Source of the DNA: a virus | IMG/VR virus record: IMGVR_UViG_3300032288_005778 | Span: 1-64,000 of that record | Direction: 5' to 3' (one strand) | Length of the DNA: 64,000 nt | Part shown: piece by piece, positions 45,471 to 55,735 of the stretch | Numbering within the stretch: position 1 is the stretch's first letter | Layout of the letters: each line of letters begins with the position of its first letter | Translations under genes and position numbers: made by a program | Notes under the pieces: generated by a model | Database searches by the model: none | Seen by the model: only the letters and a program-made list of their open reading frames with translations | Told to the model about the DNA's origin: nothing

Positions 45471-45722
45471 ATGATACCACCATTAAGATTACCGCCAAAG
45501 GATTTTGCTATCCTACCGCGCCCAACCAATCCCCAACCTTGGGAACGGATATCAAAGCCAGCTTATTGGTTTGGAGACAGGCTAAGGACAAATCTAGGAT
45601 GGGGAATATGTTCAGGAGTTAAACGTATAAGCGCAGGGGATTGGCTTTACTACATTGACTTAGACGATAGCTTTTGTCCACATCCGTTTGCAGAATCAGA
45701 AATTAAGGAGAAATTAAAATGA
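45471..45722 (+). CDS. Hypothetical protein
   Basis: Operon member. Confidence 0.6.
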   Translation: MIPPLRLPPKDFAILPRPTNPQPWERISKPAYWFGDRLRTNLGWGICSGVKRISAGDWLYYIDLDDSFCPHPFAESEIKEKLK

Positions 45723-46243
45723 GACAAATTGCCAAAATCAAAACAAAGAGAAACGATGATGCAGAAATGGTAACAATTGCTTACACCATTTTTAACGAAG
45801 ATAGTGAAGAGCAAAAAACCGTGACTGTACGCAGCAAAGAAGAAGCATCGGAGAGTTTTTACCAGGCACTAGACAGCCTAAGAAGCATTTTGATAGATGC
45901 AGTGGGATTAGATGCTGATATCTGGAAGGAAGGATTTGTTACTGATTTTGCAATCAAAGATAAAAAGGATTTGGTAGCAATTGGCATTGGCGGAACATGT
46001 GAGATACAAGGCAGATTTGTCACCGTTTTCAGTAAAGATGTATTGATTGAGAAATCTGCTTATGAACACAAGATTGTGTCTGCGGTACTAGTTGAAGCTT
46101 CTGAATATTTGGATGGTGAACGCGATGGTTGGAAACAGCCCTCTTTGTTCACAATGGAAAGCCTAGTCAATGCTGATGAAGACGAAGATGAAGGCGTTGA
46201 AGCAGAAGAAGAAAAAGTGGCGGAACTAGCTATTGGCTTTTAG
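45719..46243 (+). CDS. Hypothetical acidic protein
   Basis: AAGGAG RBS; ATGA coupling. Confidence 0.7.
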   Translation: MRQIAKIKTKRNDDAEMVTIAYTIFNEDSEEQKTVTVRSKEEASESFYQALDSLRSILIDAVGLDADIWKEGFVTDFAIKDKKDLVAIGIGGTCEIQGRFVTVFSKDVLIEKSAYEHKIVSAVLVEASEYLDGERDGWKQPSLFTMESLVNADEDEDEGVEAEEEKVAELAIGF

Positions 46244-46324
46244 TTTGTATACAAAAAACTCCGTTGTTTGACGGAGTTTAAAAAACAAACAAAAAATATT
46301 AGCATCTATTATCTTGTCAAAAAT

Positions 46325-46531
46325 ATGGTACAAACAACAATCAAAGAAAGTGATTACAAAGTAGGGGATAAAGTTGAGTACAAACATCCTAGTGATGGGT
46401 GGTTGAAAGGTGTTTTTATTGGTTTCCATACCCCAGGATTAGCCCCTCCGGGGTGTAGATGGAGTTTTATAGAGATTTGTATCAACGGGAAATTACACAA
46501 GGCTTATTCTTTAAATCAGATTAGAAAATGA
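46325..46531 (+). CDS. Hypothetical SH3-like protein
   Basis: YKVGDKVEY motif. Confidence 0.55.
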   Translation: MVQTTIKESDYKVGDKVEYKHPSDGWLKGVFIGFHTPGLAPPGCRWSFIEICINGKLHKAYSLNQIRK

Positions 46532-46755
46532 AAAGCTGTTTAAATTGTACCCTGTCAGGGTTTATCATTGAGAAACATGGCGAAATTTACACTTACGAAG
46601 GCGACTGCAACAATACTTATTTCCCTCTCACGGAAATAATCAAAGTTCTTAAATGTAAAAAGGATGATAAGCAAGAACTGAAAAATGAACTAGAACCAAT
46701 ATTTGCAAAAGTCGGGAGCAAGTGCAGGTTTTACGATCCTGTATCCCAACAATAA
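46528..46755 (+). CDS. Cys-rich hypothetical protein
   Basis: CLNC..C..CRFY; ATGA coupling. Confidence 0.6.
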   Translation: MKSCLNCTLSGFIIEKHGEIYTYEGDCNNTYFPLTEIIKVLKCKKDDKQELKNELEPIFAKVGSKCRFYDPVSQQ

Positions 46756-46897
46756 GAGTTAGCAGCCACCTAAGCGGGTGGCTTTTATTTGCACAAGTGT
46801 CTTAAAAGCGGAGTGTATAAAATTAATATGCAATCACTTATTGACAAACGGTAGTGAACGGTAGTAAGATAATCTTATTCAATAAAATAGGGTGGTT

Positions 46898-47152
46898 ATG
46901 AGTAAGAAAAATGAGTTCGATTACAGTACAATTGATACTTATGGAGTAGCCGTCATTGTAGTATTGGCAGTGTCAGGTCTCTTTGCGATTTTTTTAATCT
47001 TTGCCATATCCCAGCTTCAGTTTCAGGCAAATAATTCAAACCCTGAAGTAGTTGCACAAAAAGCAGGAGATTTTCGTGCAAAAAACTCTGATACGGAAGA
47101 GTTGATCTTTCATAATTTTGTTTTAAACGAAGCCATTAGCAATGATTGGTAA
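46898..47152 (+). CDS. Single-TM protein
   Basis: Hydrophobic helix. Confidence 0.55.
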   Translation: MSKKNEFDYSTIDTYGVAVIVVLAVSGLFAIFLIFAISQLQFQANNSNPEVVAQKAGDFRAKNSDTEELIFHNFVLNEAISNDW

Positions 47153-47173
47153 ATTTTTTGGAATAAAGGCAGC

Positions 47174-47563
47174 ATGATAGACAGTAAGGGATCTGGAGAA
47201 ATTGGTGTAAATCCACGCACACCAGATAAATGGTATCTGGTTTTCCAACAAGAGCCTGGTTTTTTAACAACTCTTTGTTTTGATCCAGAAACACGCAAGA
47301 TTTACCCGCAGGAAATCACTGACGAAAATTTTGTTGCTTCACTGGAAGTACCAGAGGATATCGTCGGGATATTCAAAACGATGTTAAATCAAAGCGGTTG
47401 GACTAGAATAGCAAATAAATTAGGTGGTGAGCCAAAAAAAGTAACTTGGAAGGATGGGGAATACAAGCTTTGCTTGACCTGCAAGAAGCAGGGGATGGAA
47501 ACCAGAACCAGGAGCAAAACTGGTTACTGTCGCAAACATAGACCAAATCCAAAATATTTGTAG
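47174..47563 (+). CDS. Hypothetical Zn-binding protein
   Basis: CLTC..GYCRKH. Confidence 0.6.
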   Translation: MIDSKGSGEIGVNPRTPDKWYLVFQQEPGFLTTLCFDPETRKIYPQEITDENFVASLEVPEDIVGIFKTMLNQSGWTRIANKLGGEPKKVTWKDGEYKLCLTCKKQGMETRTRSKTGYCRKHRPNPKYL

Positions 47564-47574
47564 GAGCAAAAGTA

Positions 47575-47826
47575 ATGACTCATTTTATTTGTGTACCAAG
47601 AGGATCTGACAATGACCTTATTGGTGGTTTTCAACTCGACGCTATGAAAGCGTATCAATATACTCCCAAAGGTTTTATCGACAAAGCATTAGATAAAGCC
47701 AGGGAAACAGCATTGTTGAAAATTGTGATTGGACCAGAAAATCAAACACTTTATTTCTTTGGGGAAATAGCTGATAATCTTTTATCTCAAATAGAGGATA
47801 AGCTTTTTGACAAATTAAATAAATAA
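47575..47826 (+). CDS. Hypothetical protein
   Basis: AGGAG RBS; followed by a terminator at about 47850-47880. Confidence 0.65.
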   Translation: MTHFICVPRGSDNDLIGGFQLDAMKAYQYTPKGFIDKALDKARETALLKIVIGPENQTLYFFGEIADNLLSQIEDKLFDKLNK

Positions 47827-47977
47827 TTAATATTCAACTCAAACATACAAAAGCCCTGGATGATTCCGGGGCTTTTCTTTTGCAAAACTATTAGATAGCA
47901 TCAAAACCATGTATATCAATGGTGGTTTTAGTTAATTCTTTAAACTAGCCTTTAGTTTTCATCTTTTATTCTCCAAA

Positions 47978-48268
47978 TTATTGACTTCTAAGGACTGATG
48001 AGTTGTATTCTTTTTCTGTAATTGGCTGCCACCCGCCAGGGACTTTCTTTAAATTCGTACAGCAGCACGGTATTTGTCTAAAGCTATGGCACATCCACAC
48101 TTTTTGAGATTTAATCATTTCCCTTATTTCCCAGGGGTCAGGGATTCCGCAGGCTTGTCCAGCACCTTCAAAAGGGCAATATTCGTCACAGGGTAATCTA
48201 TTCTCATCCACTAATTCTGGGTCTATAGACCCTAATGTATCAGCATCAAGACCATATGTATTAATCAT
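47978..48268 (-). CDS. Cys-rich hypothetical protein
   Basis: PCDEYCPF..WMCH..PC. Confidence 0.6.
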   Translation of the reverse strand: MINTYGLDADTLGSIDPELVDENRLPCDEYCPFEGAGQACGIPDPWEIREMIKSQKVWMCHSFRQIPCCCTNLKKVPGGWQPITEKEYNSSVLRSQ

Positions 48269-48454
48269 GTTTTTAGTTATTTAATGCGTCCCAAACTATA
48301 AACAATAATAACAGGAAAACAATTCAGGTCAACCTCTTTTAGCAAAGGATCACCTTTACTTATTTTCCACTTAGTATATAAAAATCTTTTATGGTACTAT
48401 CCCCAAGTTACTAGCGATTAAGTTATTGTAGTTTTGTTGAACCTCAAAAAAGTT

Positions 48455-48643
48455 ATGGCAAATAAGAATGCTGTGCCACCTAAAGAAGCACAGTTTAAAC
48501 CCGGATGGAAGTCCGGCAAAACCAAGGCTATCAAAGTTCCAATGGCTTTGGAGAAGGAAATTAGAGCGATCGCTTTAATACTGGACGAAAACCCCAGTAT
48601 TTTCCCTGAAATACTAGAATTTGCCAAAACACTGGCGAAATAG
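48455..48643 (+). CDS. Small hypothetical DNA-binding protein
   Basis: FKPGWKSGKTKAIKVP. Confidence 0.55.
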   Translation: MANKNAVPPKEAQFKPGWKSGKTKAIKVPMALEKEIRAIALILDENPSIFPEILEFAKTLAK

Positions 48644-48785
48644 TATAATATACAAAAAGCCACCGCACTGTTGTCAGCAGCACGATGGCAGCCCCTACTC
48701 ACGTCTTTATAACTAGGAGCATCTTAATCATGAATCAAAATCAAAAAATTGTCAACAGACTGTTGCACGTCCGTAGAGGTGTGTA

Positions 48786-49847
48786 ATGGGGGAAACAATA
48801 AGAGTCCAGCATTCCAAGAACTATACTGTAATAGCCAACGCGGCTATTAGAGATACGCGGTTGAGCTTCAAAGCGCGTGGACTACACCACTTGTTACTTT
48901 CTTATCCAGATGGATGGAAAGTCAGTATAGAACATCTGTCTACACAGTCCATAATGGACGGCGAAACAGCCGTGAAAACAGGTCTTCAGGAACTAGAAAG
49001 ACTTGGGTACTTAACCCGTGAACAAGTGCGAGAAAAGGGGAAAATCGTGGGATACGAGTCCACGATCAGAGAAGTACCGAGCGAAAATCCGCCTGCGCCC
49101 AAAAGCAGGCGAGGTAAACCACAAGTGGAAAATCCACAAGTGGAAAATCCACAAGTGGAAAATCCACAAGCGGAAAATCCACAAGCGGAAAATCCACAAG
49201 CGGAAAATCCAGTACATAATAAATACTTATTCCAAGAAGTATTTAAGAAAGAAATATCTAAAGAAAGCACAGAAGAGGATTTAAGCGGACAAGAGTTAAC
49301 TGGACAAGAGTTAAACCTAAACCACTCTAGACCTTCTGATTTAAAAGGAAGTCTTTCCCATAAACAGATATCCCCTCTAGAGGGTCAATTTGCGCCCGCC
49401 GCGCCGGGGCGTCTTGACAAAGCGAATATTGCTGAACCGTTTGGAAGACCGCGCAAGACGGCTAAAGAAATAGCCTGGGAATGGCTACCAGATGGGCCGT
49501 GGAAGAAAGAAGGACAACTGGACAATGAGTTTTGGCAATGGCTCGCGCTGCAGTGGATGTCGCAGTTTGCCACTGACATCCACCAGGCGAGGGCTAACGT
49601 CTACAGCCACTTCAAAAAAGACAGTAACAACCTAGAAATCCGATGGAAGGAATATTCCATCAAAACTAAAAAAGAAGTGGCTTTAGTCCCTCTTCCTGAA
49701 GCTGTATTGATATGGCAGCCAGGGCAGCACCAAAGAAGATGGGAGCAGTACATCAACTGCAAAAGCCTAGAAGAATTTTACCAACAATGCAGTTGGAATC
49801 AAGCGTATTTGGAGTACGCATTAATCAATCAACCCAGTTTTGATTAA
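48786..49847 (+). CDS. Phage replication initiator (O-like) with internal iterons
   Basis: NYTVIAN..D.RLSFKARGL..LLSYPDGW..ELERLGYL HTH; directly upstream of dnaB. Confidence 0.85.
   Translation: MGETIRVQHSKNYTVIANAAIRDTRLSFKARGLHHLLLSYPDGWKVSIEHLSTQSIMDGETAVKTGLQELERLGYLTREQVREKGKIVGYESTIREVPSENPPAPKSRRGKPQVENPQVENPQVENPQAENPQAENPQAENPVHNKYLFQEVFKKEISKESTEEDLSGQELTGQELNLNHSRPSDLKGSLSHKQISPLEGQFAPAAPGRLDKANIAEPFGRPRKTAKEIAWEWLPDGPWKKEGQLDNEFWQWLALQWMSQFATDIHQARANVYSHFKKDSNNLEIRWKEYSIKTKKEVALVPLPEAVLIWQPGQHQRRWEQYINCKSLEEFYQQCSWNQAYLEYALINQPSFD
49119..49208 (+). repeat. Six 15-bp iterons CCACAAG(T/C)GGAAAAT (probable origin)
   Basis: Exact tandem copies inside the initiator gene, followed by an AT-rich tract. 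Confidence 0.9.
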
Positions 49848-49892
49848 TCCAAGCATTTATCCGCATAACAATTAACAGCACCCAGGTCAACC

Positions 49893-51230
49893 ATGTTTAC
49901 TCAAGAAACTTTAGTACCCCCTCAAAGCATTGAGGCTGAAGAAGCTATTTTAGGCGGGATCTTATTAGATCCCGAAGCTATTGGACGGGTGCGCAACCTT
50001 TTGATACCCGAAGCTTTTTATGTTGATGCACACGCAGCCCTTTATAAGGCTGCTTTATACCTTCATGCTCAACACAAACCTACAGATTTACTGTCTATGG
50101 CTAATTACTTAGCTGATAACGATCAACTAACAAGAGTTGGCGGTAGGAATAAATTAGCTACATTGATAGACCGTACCGTTTCGGCTGTCAACATTGACGC
50201 TTTAGCAGGGTTGGTTGTGGAAAAATACCAGCGACGACAACTAATCAAGACCCTTAACGAGTCATTAAAAATAGCATGGGACGCTTCTTTACCTATCCAT
50301 GAAGCTATTGAAGAATGTCAACGGAAGATTCTGGATACAAGCACTACCGAAACAAAATCAGAATTAGTCCACATCAGTAGTGCTGTGACATCTTTGTACA
50401 CAGAAAAATACGAGATTCAAAAAGGGGAGCAACCCGCCCCTATCAAAACAGGATTTTATGATTTAGACAATCGTTTAGGAGGGCTGCATAAAAAATTACT
50501 TTACATCTTGGCCGGGAGACCAAGTATGGGGAAAACCGCTTGTGCCATGGCGATCGCGTGGCACGTTGCTAACTCTTTAAGAGAAAATGTTTTTGTATTT
50601 TCCTTGGAAACATCCAAGGAAGATTTAGCGGTTAGGTTAGCCGCCAAGATCACTCGAACCTGCCTAAATCAGTTTGTAAAAAACCAACTCACCCAAAGTG
50701 AATGGAATGAGTTTTTCAGTCTAACTCAGTCACAAATACTTGCTGATTCAAGACTGTTTGTTTGTGACAATTTTAGTATCTCTCCTATGGAAATGAGAAA
50801 TACAATTAGGCAAAAAAGAGCCAGGACTGGGGACGTGGGACTGATTGTGGTGGATCATCTCACCTTGCTTGCTAGAAATGACAAGTCCAACGGCAGGGAC
50901 TTTCGGATCAAAGTTGGTGACACGAGCCGGATGCTTAAAGAATTAGCAGGAGAACTTAATTGTCCGGTGCTGGCTTTGTCTCAATTGAATCGAGCTACTG
51001 AAAGCCGAACAGACAAGAGGCCTACCATGGGTGACTTATCCGAAAGCGGGAATATTGAACAGGATGCAGATGCAATCACGATGATCTATCGTGATGAATA
51101 CTATAATAGAGAAACCACAGATGTAGGTGTAGCTGAATTGATTACCACAAAGGCACGTAACGCCGAAACGGGAACAGATAGGCTGCTATTTGACGGACAG
51201 TATTCTGAATTTAAGAACTTAGCTTACTAA
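49893..51230 (+). CDS. dnaB: Replicative DNA helicase
   Basis: PPQSIEAEEAILGG, AGRPSMGKT, ALSQLNR, DLSESGNIEQDAD, KARN. Confidence 0.97.
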   Translation: MFTQETLVPPQSIEAEEAILGGILLDPEAIGRVRNLLIPEAFYVDAHAALYKAALYLHAQHKPTDLLSMANYLADNDQLTRVGGRNKLATLIDRTVSAVNIDALAGLVVEKYQRRQLIKTLNESLKIAWDASLPIHEAIEECQRKILDTSTTETKSELVHISSAVTSLYTEKYEIQKGEQPAPIKTGFYDLDNRLGGLHKKLLYILAGRPSMGKTACAMAIAWHVANSLRENVFVFSLETSKEDLAVRLAAKITRTCLNQFVKNQLTQSEWNEFFSLTQSQILADSRLFVCDNFSISPMEMRNTIRQKRARTGDVGLIVVDHLTLLARNDKSNGRDFRIKVGDTSRMLKELAGELNCPVLALSQLNRATESRTDKRPTMGDLSESGNIEQDADAITMIYRDEYYNRETTDVGVAELITTKARNAETGTDRLLFDGQYSEFKNLAY

Positions 51231-51391
51231 CACATCAACAAAAGTAAATAATTACCAATTACCCGCTTATACCAAAGTGGGTAATTTTATCTATATGTCT
51301 ATAAACGTATTTTTATTCCTATAAGTATTTAACATTTGATTTTATCATGCTAGATTGATTGCATCCATACACAATCACAAAGCGAGAATTT

Positions 51392-51613
51392 ATGAGCGGA
51401 AAGCCAGAATACGGTGAGATCAAGACTCCTAAGCAAATTATGATTACCAACGACGCTAAACAAGCCTATAGTGCTTATGCACGTTCTATAGGCACTAGCA
51501 GAAATGACTTGATTGAGCAAATGGCGCGAAACCCTGATGTATTAAGGGGTTTAGCCGATTTTGTGGAAAACAGAAAAAGTTTTCCAAAACCACTTGACAC
51601 TTCCATCTTGTAA
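51392..51613 (+). CDS. Small RHH-like protein
   Basis: YGEIKTPKQIMIT..SRNDLIEQMARNPDV. Confidence 0.65.
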   Translation: MSGKPEYGEIKTPKQIMITNDAKQAYSAYARSIGTSRNDLIEQMARNPDVLRGLADFVENRKSFPKPLDTSIL

Positions 51614-51707
51614 TGATATTATAGATATATAAACAAAAACGACCGCCCCTCCGACCAAGAAGTAAGCAGCCGCTTTGTTTTTATCCCATAAACAGGAATA
51701 GTTTATC

Positions 51708-52517
51708 ATGGCACATCAAGTCTATACTGTCAAGTTTTTACTTAAAAAAGGAATTAGCTACTGCAAAATGGTAGCTAAAGAGTTAGGTGTTACCCCAGAG
51801 GGTGACAAAAGACAATTATTCACCTGGGCTGATGCTATCGTCAGTCACCAGGCTAATTTACAGTTTGTAGAAACTCAAAAACAGCAGGTTGTTATTGAAT
51901 ACATCAAAGGTTTGACAACCTGCGACTTGGCAGCGTATGTCGTCAAAGATTTAGACGGGAAAATTGTCAGAGACGATTTTCGCACTTATCTCAGTGCGGA
52001 GTCTTGGGCTGCCAAGAGATTTAAAATAGTTGAGCAACAAACTATCGCCCAACAAGAGATTGTGAATCTCTTGGAAGAACAAATTAATGAAGTCACCGAA
52101 AAGGTGACAATTCATGAAATAGACTTCGGCGTAACCGAAGTCCGTCAAGGACAAGACATTGTAGCTACCATTAGCCACAATCTTGATAATGGGAACTGGG
52201 ATGTCCAGTTCTTTGATAGACTTGAAAGTTTTTTAACCTACGCAGAGGCAGAAGCCTTTGCAATTAATTACATGGATGATGGGCGGGGTAGCGGCAGGAT
52301 TCTACCTATATCCCAAGCTGAAAATTATACTCTTGAAGATCAGCGGGTCTGTGATCCGCTGGGCGAGCGCTACACAGTTCGCTTAATGGGACATTTAGCA
52401 GGTAATATCTGGCTAGATATTGACAGAGGGTGGACACTCGGGAGTGACTACTATAGCGACCCAATGCAAGCCGCCAAAGCACTAGCTCTTTTAACTAGAA
52501 GAGAGTTGGTAGCATGA
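51708..52517 (+). CDS. Hypothetical protein
   Basis: Promoter TTGACA-17-TATTAT at 51594, AGGA RBS. Confidence 0.75.
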   Translation: MAHQVYTVKFLLKKGISYCKMVAKELGVTPEGDKRQLFTWADAIVSHQANLQFVETQKQQVVIEYIKGLTTCDLAAYVVKDLDGKIVRDDFRTYLSAESWAAKRFKIVEQQTIAQQEIVNLLEEQINEVTEKVTIHEIDFGVTEVRQGQDIVATISHNLDNGNWDVQFFDRLESFLTYAEAEAFAINYMDDGRGSGRILPISQAENYTLEDQRVCDPLGERYTVRLMGHLAGNIWLDIDRGWTLGSDYYSDPMQAAKALALLTRRELVA

Positions 52518-52729
52518 AAACAACCAAAACCAGAGCCTACCAAAAGGCTTTAGAAAATGCTGGAGTGCCAAAAAATCTAGCCCGCAACGCAGCCGTTGTG
52601 CTGCGGGCTGATGAGTTCAAAGTTCCCCGTACAGAGCGGGGACAAAGGATAATTGAAGAGTTATTCACCCAGCATCCCAAGACGCTGTTTATGATATCGA
52701 AGATCAGACGAGTTTTGTTCTCATCATAA
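52514..52729 (+). CDS. Hypothetical protein
   Basis: ATGA coupling. Confidence 0.6.
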   Translation: MKTTKTRAYQKALENAGVPKNLARNAAVVLRADEFKVPRTERGQRIIEELFTQHPKTLFMISKIRRVLFSS

Positions 52730-52917
52730 AAACAGTGAAACTACTGGGAATAGTGGTATACTATCCAGCAGTTCCAAGCTCCAAAGAACCCTTTCTTTGC
52801 GAGCAATATCAGAGGACAAAGGACTCTGATTACCTTCCTTTTTAATCCGACTAGGCTGGGTGCGATGCCTTTATATCCGCACACTTGAAACAATGAATCA
52901 GGCAAGAAACCAAGATT

Positions 52918-53784
52918 ATGTTAACCCTAGATGTTCTGGCTCAAGACGAATTTCGTGGAAACGTTGGCAAGCTTCCAGTTTGCCAACTATTAAATGACAA
53001 ATCAAAACCGGGCTTGTTTATCAAACTGAAAGACGCTAAGTTAGCGGGCTGGACTGAAAAAAGCCAAGTAGAGGTGTATACCCATACCTATAACGACGAA
53101 TCTTCAGAAGCGGGGTATTTTTTTTCCAACCCCAAAATCCACATCCTGGGTATCAGCCCCAGGCTGGTCGAAGTGACCAAAAAAGGCGCTCAAGACAAAA
53201 CCTTCCCGTTTTGGGAACAAGGTACACTCATAGCAAATTATGAAACCCCTGAAGGTCAGGTGGTACACCACAATAAATTAACTAAATATTGTACAACCCT
53301 TCGCACCTACTACTTAATTCAGCTACTCGATGCTGAAAATGAGTTTTTCCACAAACTCCCGTTATTGTTGAGTGTCAAAGGCGCGGCTGCTGCCGAGTTT
53401 GGCAAGGCCTACACTGCATTCTGTCAGATGGCCGAGGCAGCGTTAACTCAACTGAAGTCTCCTGATGGGACTTACTTGACGTTGAACGATCAGGCTAGAG
53501 CAGTCCTAATATTTAGCCCCAAGTTTAAGTGGGTGTTAGCAGGGGATAAAGAAAAGTCGCCAGTATGTGCCGTTGAGTCCTTTTTAGAGCCTAGCGGCAA
53601 AGACGAAGCTGAGTTAAACAAAAGCTTTAATTTAGCCAAAAGTAAGCAAATTGTGGGAACTCAAAAATCGTTCCAATCTTTCACAATTGCTGCTCTCAAA
53701 CAACTGGAGCGATTTCATCCTGTACCTGAAAACATTGACCTTGGACTTAGATCAGCGCTACCACCAAGCGACGTTGATTGGTAA
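52918..53784 (+). CDS. DUF5895-like protein, candidate ssDNA-binding/annealing protein
   Basis: LP.CQLLN...GLFI, YLIQLLD..N..H..PL.L..KGAA; acidic-aromatic tail DVDW. Confidence 0.55.
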   Translation: MLTLDVLAQDEFRGNVGKLPVCQLLNDKSKPGLFIKLKDAKLAGWTEKSQVEVYTHTYNDESSEAGYFFSNPKIHILGISPRLVEVTKKGAQDKTFPFWEQGTLIANYETPEGQVVHHNKLTKYCTTLRTYYLIQLLDAENEFFHKLPLLLSVKGAAAAEFGKAYTAFCQMAEAALTQLKSPDGTYLTLNDQARAVLIFSPKFKWVLAGDKEKSPVCAVESFLEPSGKDEAELNKSFNLAKSKQIVGTQKSFQSFTIAALKQLERFHPVPENIDLGLRSALPPSDVDW

Positions 53785-53873
53785 TTAGCAATACAGCGTT
53801 AGTCAAGTTAACAGATTTGACTAACGCTACAAAGTAGTCAATTTAACAATAAATCCGCCCTAAGCGTCAAACC

Positions 53874-54083
53874 ATGAAAAAGCAATACAGAATTGACGAA
53901 AGCGTAACCAAGCCCGATTGGTGGCGCGAAGAAGACAAGCTAAATGAGAGTAATCCAAATAACAAGATATGGGTTGAAGAAGGCGTGATGATTTTTGGTC
54001 AAATTCATTACACAGAAAAGTATCGATTGATATCCCGAAAAAAATGGAAATTACTAAGCCAGCAGAAAAATAAGTTTGGTTAG
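53874..54083 (+). CDS. Hypothetical protein
   Basis: ORF co-oriented with its neighbours. Confidence 0.5.
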   Translation: MKKQYRIDESVTKPDWWREEDKLNESNPNNKIWVEEGVMIFGQIHYTEKYRLISRKKWKLLSQQKNKFG

Positions 54084-54175
54084 ATACAGCAACGATGGTA
54101 AACCCATATCTCCCATATCTGAGTTTTTCTTGTCGTTACATTTTTGGTAGTAATTGAAGTATTTGGAGTTCAAAA

Positions 54176-54505
54176 ATGTTGATTAATGATTCAGACTTAG
54201 AGCTTACTGAAAAGCTAAAAGCAGCAAGAGGAAAGCAGTTTTTAGTTTTATTAGATATGGCGATTGATAAAATTGGTCCATATCTTCAGGCTGAAATTAA
54301 AAAAAGAAACGGAAAAGTAACTGTTTTAGATATAGCACAGTTAAGTGTAAGCTATAACTTACACTTTAAAACCTGTACTGAAATGTTGGAAAAATTAAAA
54401 ATATTGCCGACGGGTACTTTCTTGTCTCTAAAAGACAGAGGACTCAATGTTAAAAAAGTCATGGCGGAAGCCGCTAAAAAAGATGTAAATGAGCAAAATA
54501 CTTAA
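54176..54505 (+). CDS. Hypothetical protein
   Basis: GGAG RBS. Confidence 0.65.
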   Translation: MLINDSDLELTEKLKAARGKQFLVLLDMAIDKIGPYLQAEIKKRNGKVTVLDIAQLSVSYNLHFKTCTEMLEKLKILPTGTFLSLKDRGLNVKKVMAEAAKKDVNEQNT

Positions 54506-54579
54506 AAGTTAAAACAAGGGTAACAACATTATGTCTAGCATAAATACAGGCATTGAATGAACAGGATTGGAAACTAAAC

Positions 54580-54942
54580 ATGAACATTGACTTAATAGAG
54601 CAAACCATTAAAACTGGTTTAAGCTTTTACGACACAGTCTTGAGTCCTGGGTTTACTTCAGACAGCCAAGACCCTAATCATTCAATAAAACTCAACATGG
54701 TCAGGGAAGTTTTAATGCTAAAAGCCGAAGCTGAATCTGAAAATATTGCTTGGGAAACAGCAGTATTGATGATGAATGTTTACAAAGCAAGAAAGACGTA
54801 TTCTAGAAACGATGAAGACGATTATTTCTTCAGTCTTTTGATGTTTAAGATGGGAAACGAACTGGGAATAAGTATAAACCTCAGTTTTTCCCTTAACGTT
54901 ATTTCGATTGCCAAACTATACAATAAGATGGAGTTGTTTTAA
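54580..54942 (+). CDS. Hypothetical protein
   Basis: TAATG coupling to the next gene. Confidence 0.6.
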   Translation: MNIDLIEQTIKTGLSFYDTVLSPGFTSDSQDPNHSIKLNMVREVLMLKAEAESENIAWETAVLMMNVYKARKTYSRNDEDDYFFSLLMFKMGNELGISINLSFSLNVISIAKLYNKMELF

Positions 54943-55286
54943 TGTACAATCTACAGGATATTCCGCATTACGAACGCTCAGTGCTTTATCATATTATCAA
55001 GGTCTCTTTAAACGAGCAAATAGCATTGATGGATAAAGAGGCAACTTCAGAAAGATGGAATTTCATAAAACTCCATTATCAAGTTTTGGAGAAATTAACT
55101 GACATCACCTCTCCGTTAATGGTTCTTCAAGAAGAACTGGATTTCATGGTATTCATCGGGCAAACAATGATGAATACTAGCTCACCAGTATTAGAGCAAA
55201 ATAGAAGATTAGCAGAAAAACTTGTCACCAAGTGGACGTCTCAAGCCTGGCTTCAAAAACAGGCAAAAAGGGCATTTAGTGTATAA
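54942..55286 (+). CDS. Hypothetical protein
   Basis: GGAG RBS; coupled. Confidence 0.65.
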   Translation: MYNLQDIPHYERSVLYHIIKVSLNEQIALMDKEATSERWNFIKLHYQVLEKLTDITSPLMVLQEELDFMVFIGQTMMNTSSPVLEQNRRLAEKLVTKWTSQAWLQKQAKRAFSV

Positions 55287-55516
55287 GGAAACAAAGCTTA
55301 AGTTAATCCAAAGTGAGGAAAAAATGATCTATTCAGATTACATGAATTATCTTCATGAGTTATATCTTGAAGAACAGTACGAAGATATAAAAATGCGCGA
55401 ACGCGCACTCTACCACAAGGCAATTTTGTTCTTTGTGTGTCAACTGATTACAGACTAATTAATTACGCGATCGCCCAACAAAAGAGCGATCGCACTCACA
55501 GTAACCAAAGGAAAAA

Positions 55517-55714
55517 ATGCAGCAGTACATTGGATACCTTTTGATTGACAAGGAGAAAATAAAAGTCCTTGTTAAAGAAGGACAAGCATACCGCTCCTTA
55601 AAAATCAGGGAAACTGGATCGGACAGTAACTTTCTCCAGAGAGAAAGCGATCTTTTTTCTAATTATCCCTCTATGATCAGGGAGCCAAAAATGGGAAGGC
55701 AGATTTTTGTTTAA
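55517..55714 (+). CDS. Hypothetical protein
   Basis: AAGGA RBS. Confidence 0.55.
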   Translation: MQQYIGYLLIDKEKIKVLVKEGQAYRSLKIRETGSDSNFLQRESDLFSNYPSMIREPKMGRQIFV

Positions 55715-55735
55715 AAATAAGTTAACAGAGGTAAC

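Noticed and set aside
48986-49284. Alternative-frame ORFs (WIFRL, KWKIH and CGFSA repeats)
   Set aside because: By-products of the stop-free 15-bp iteron array; only the initiator frame has recognisable domains
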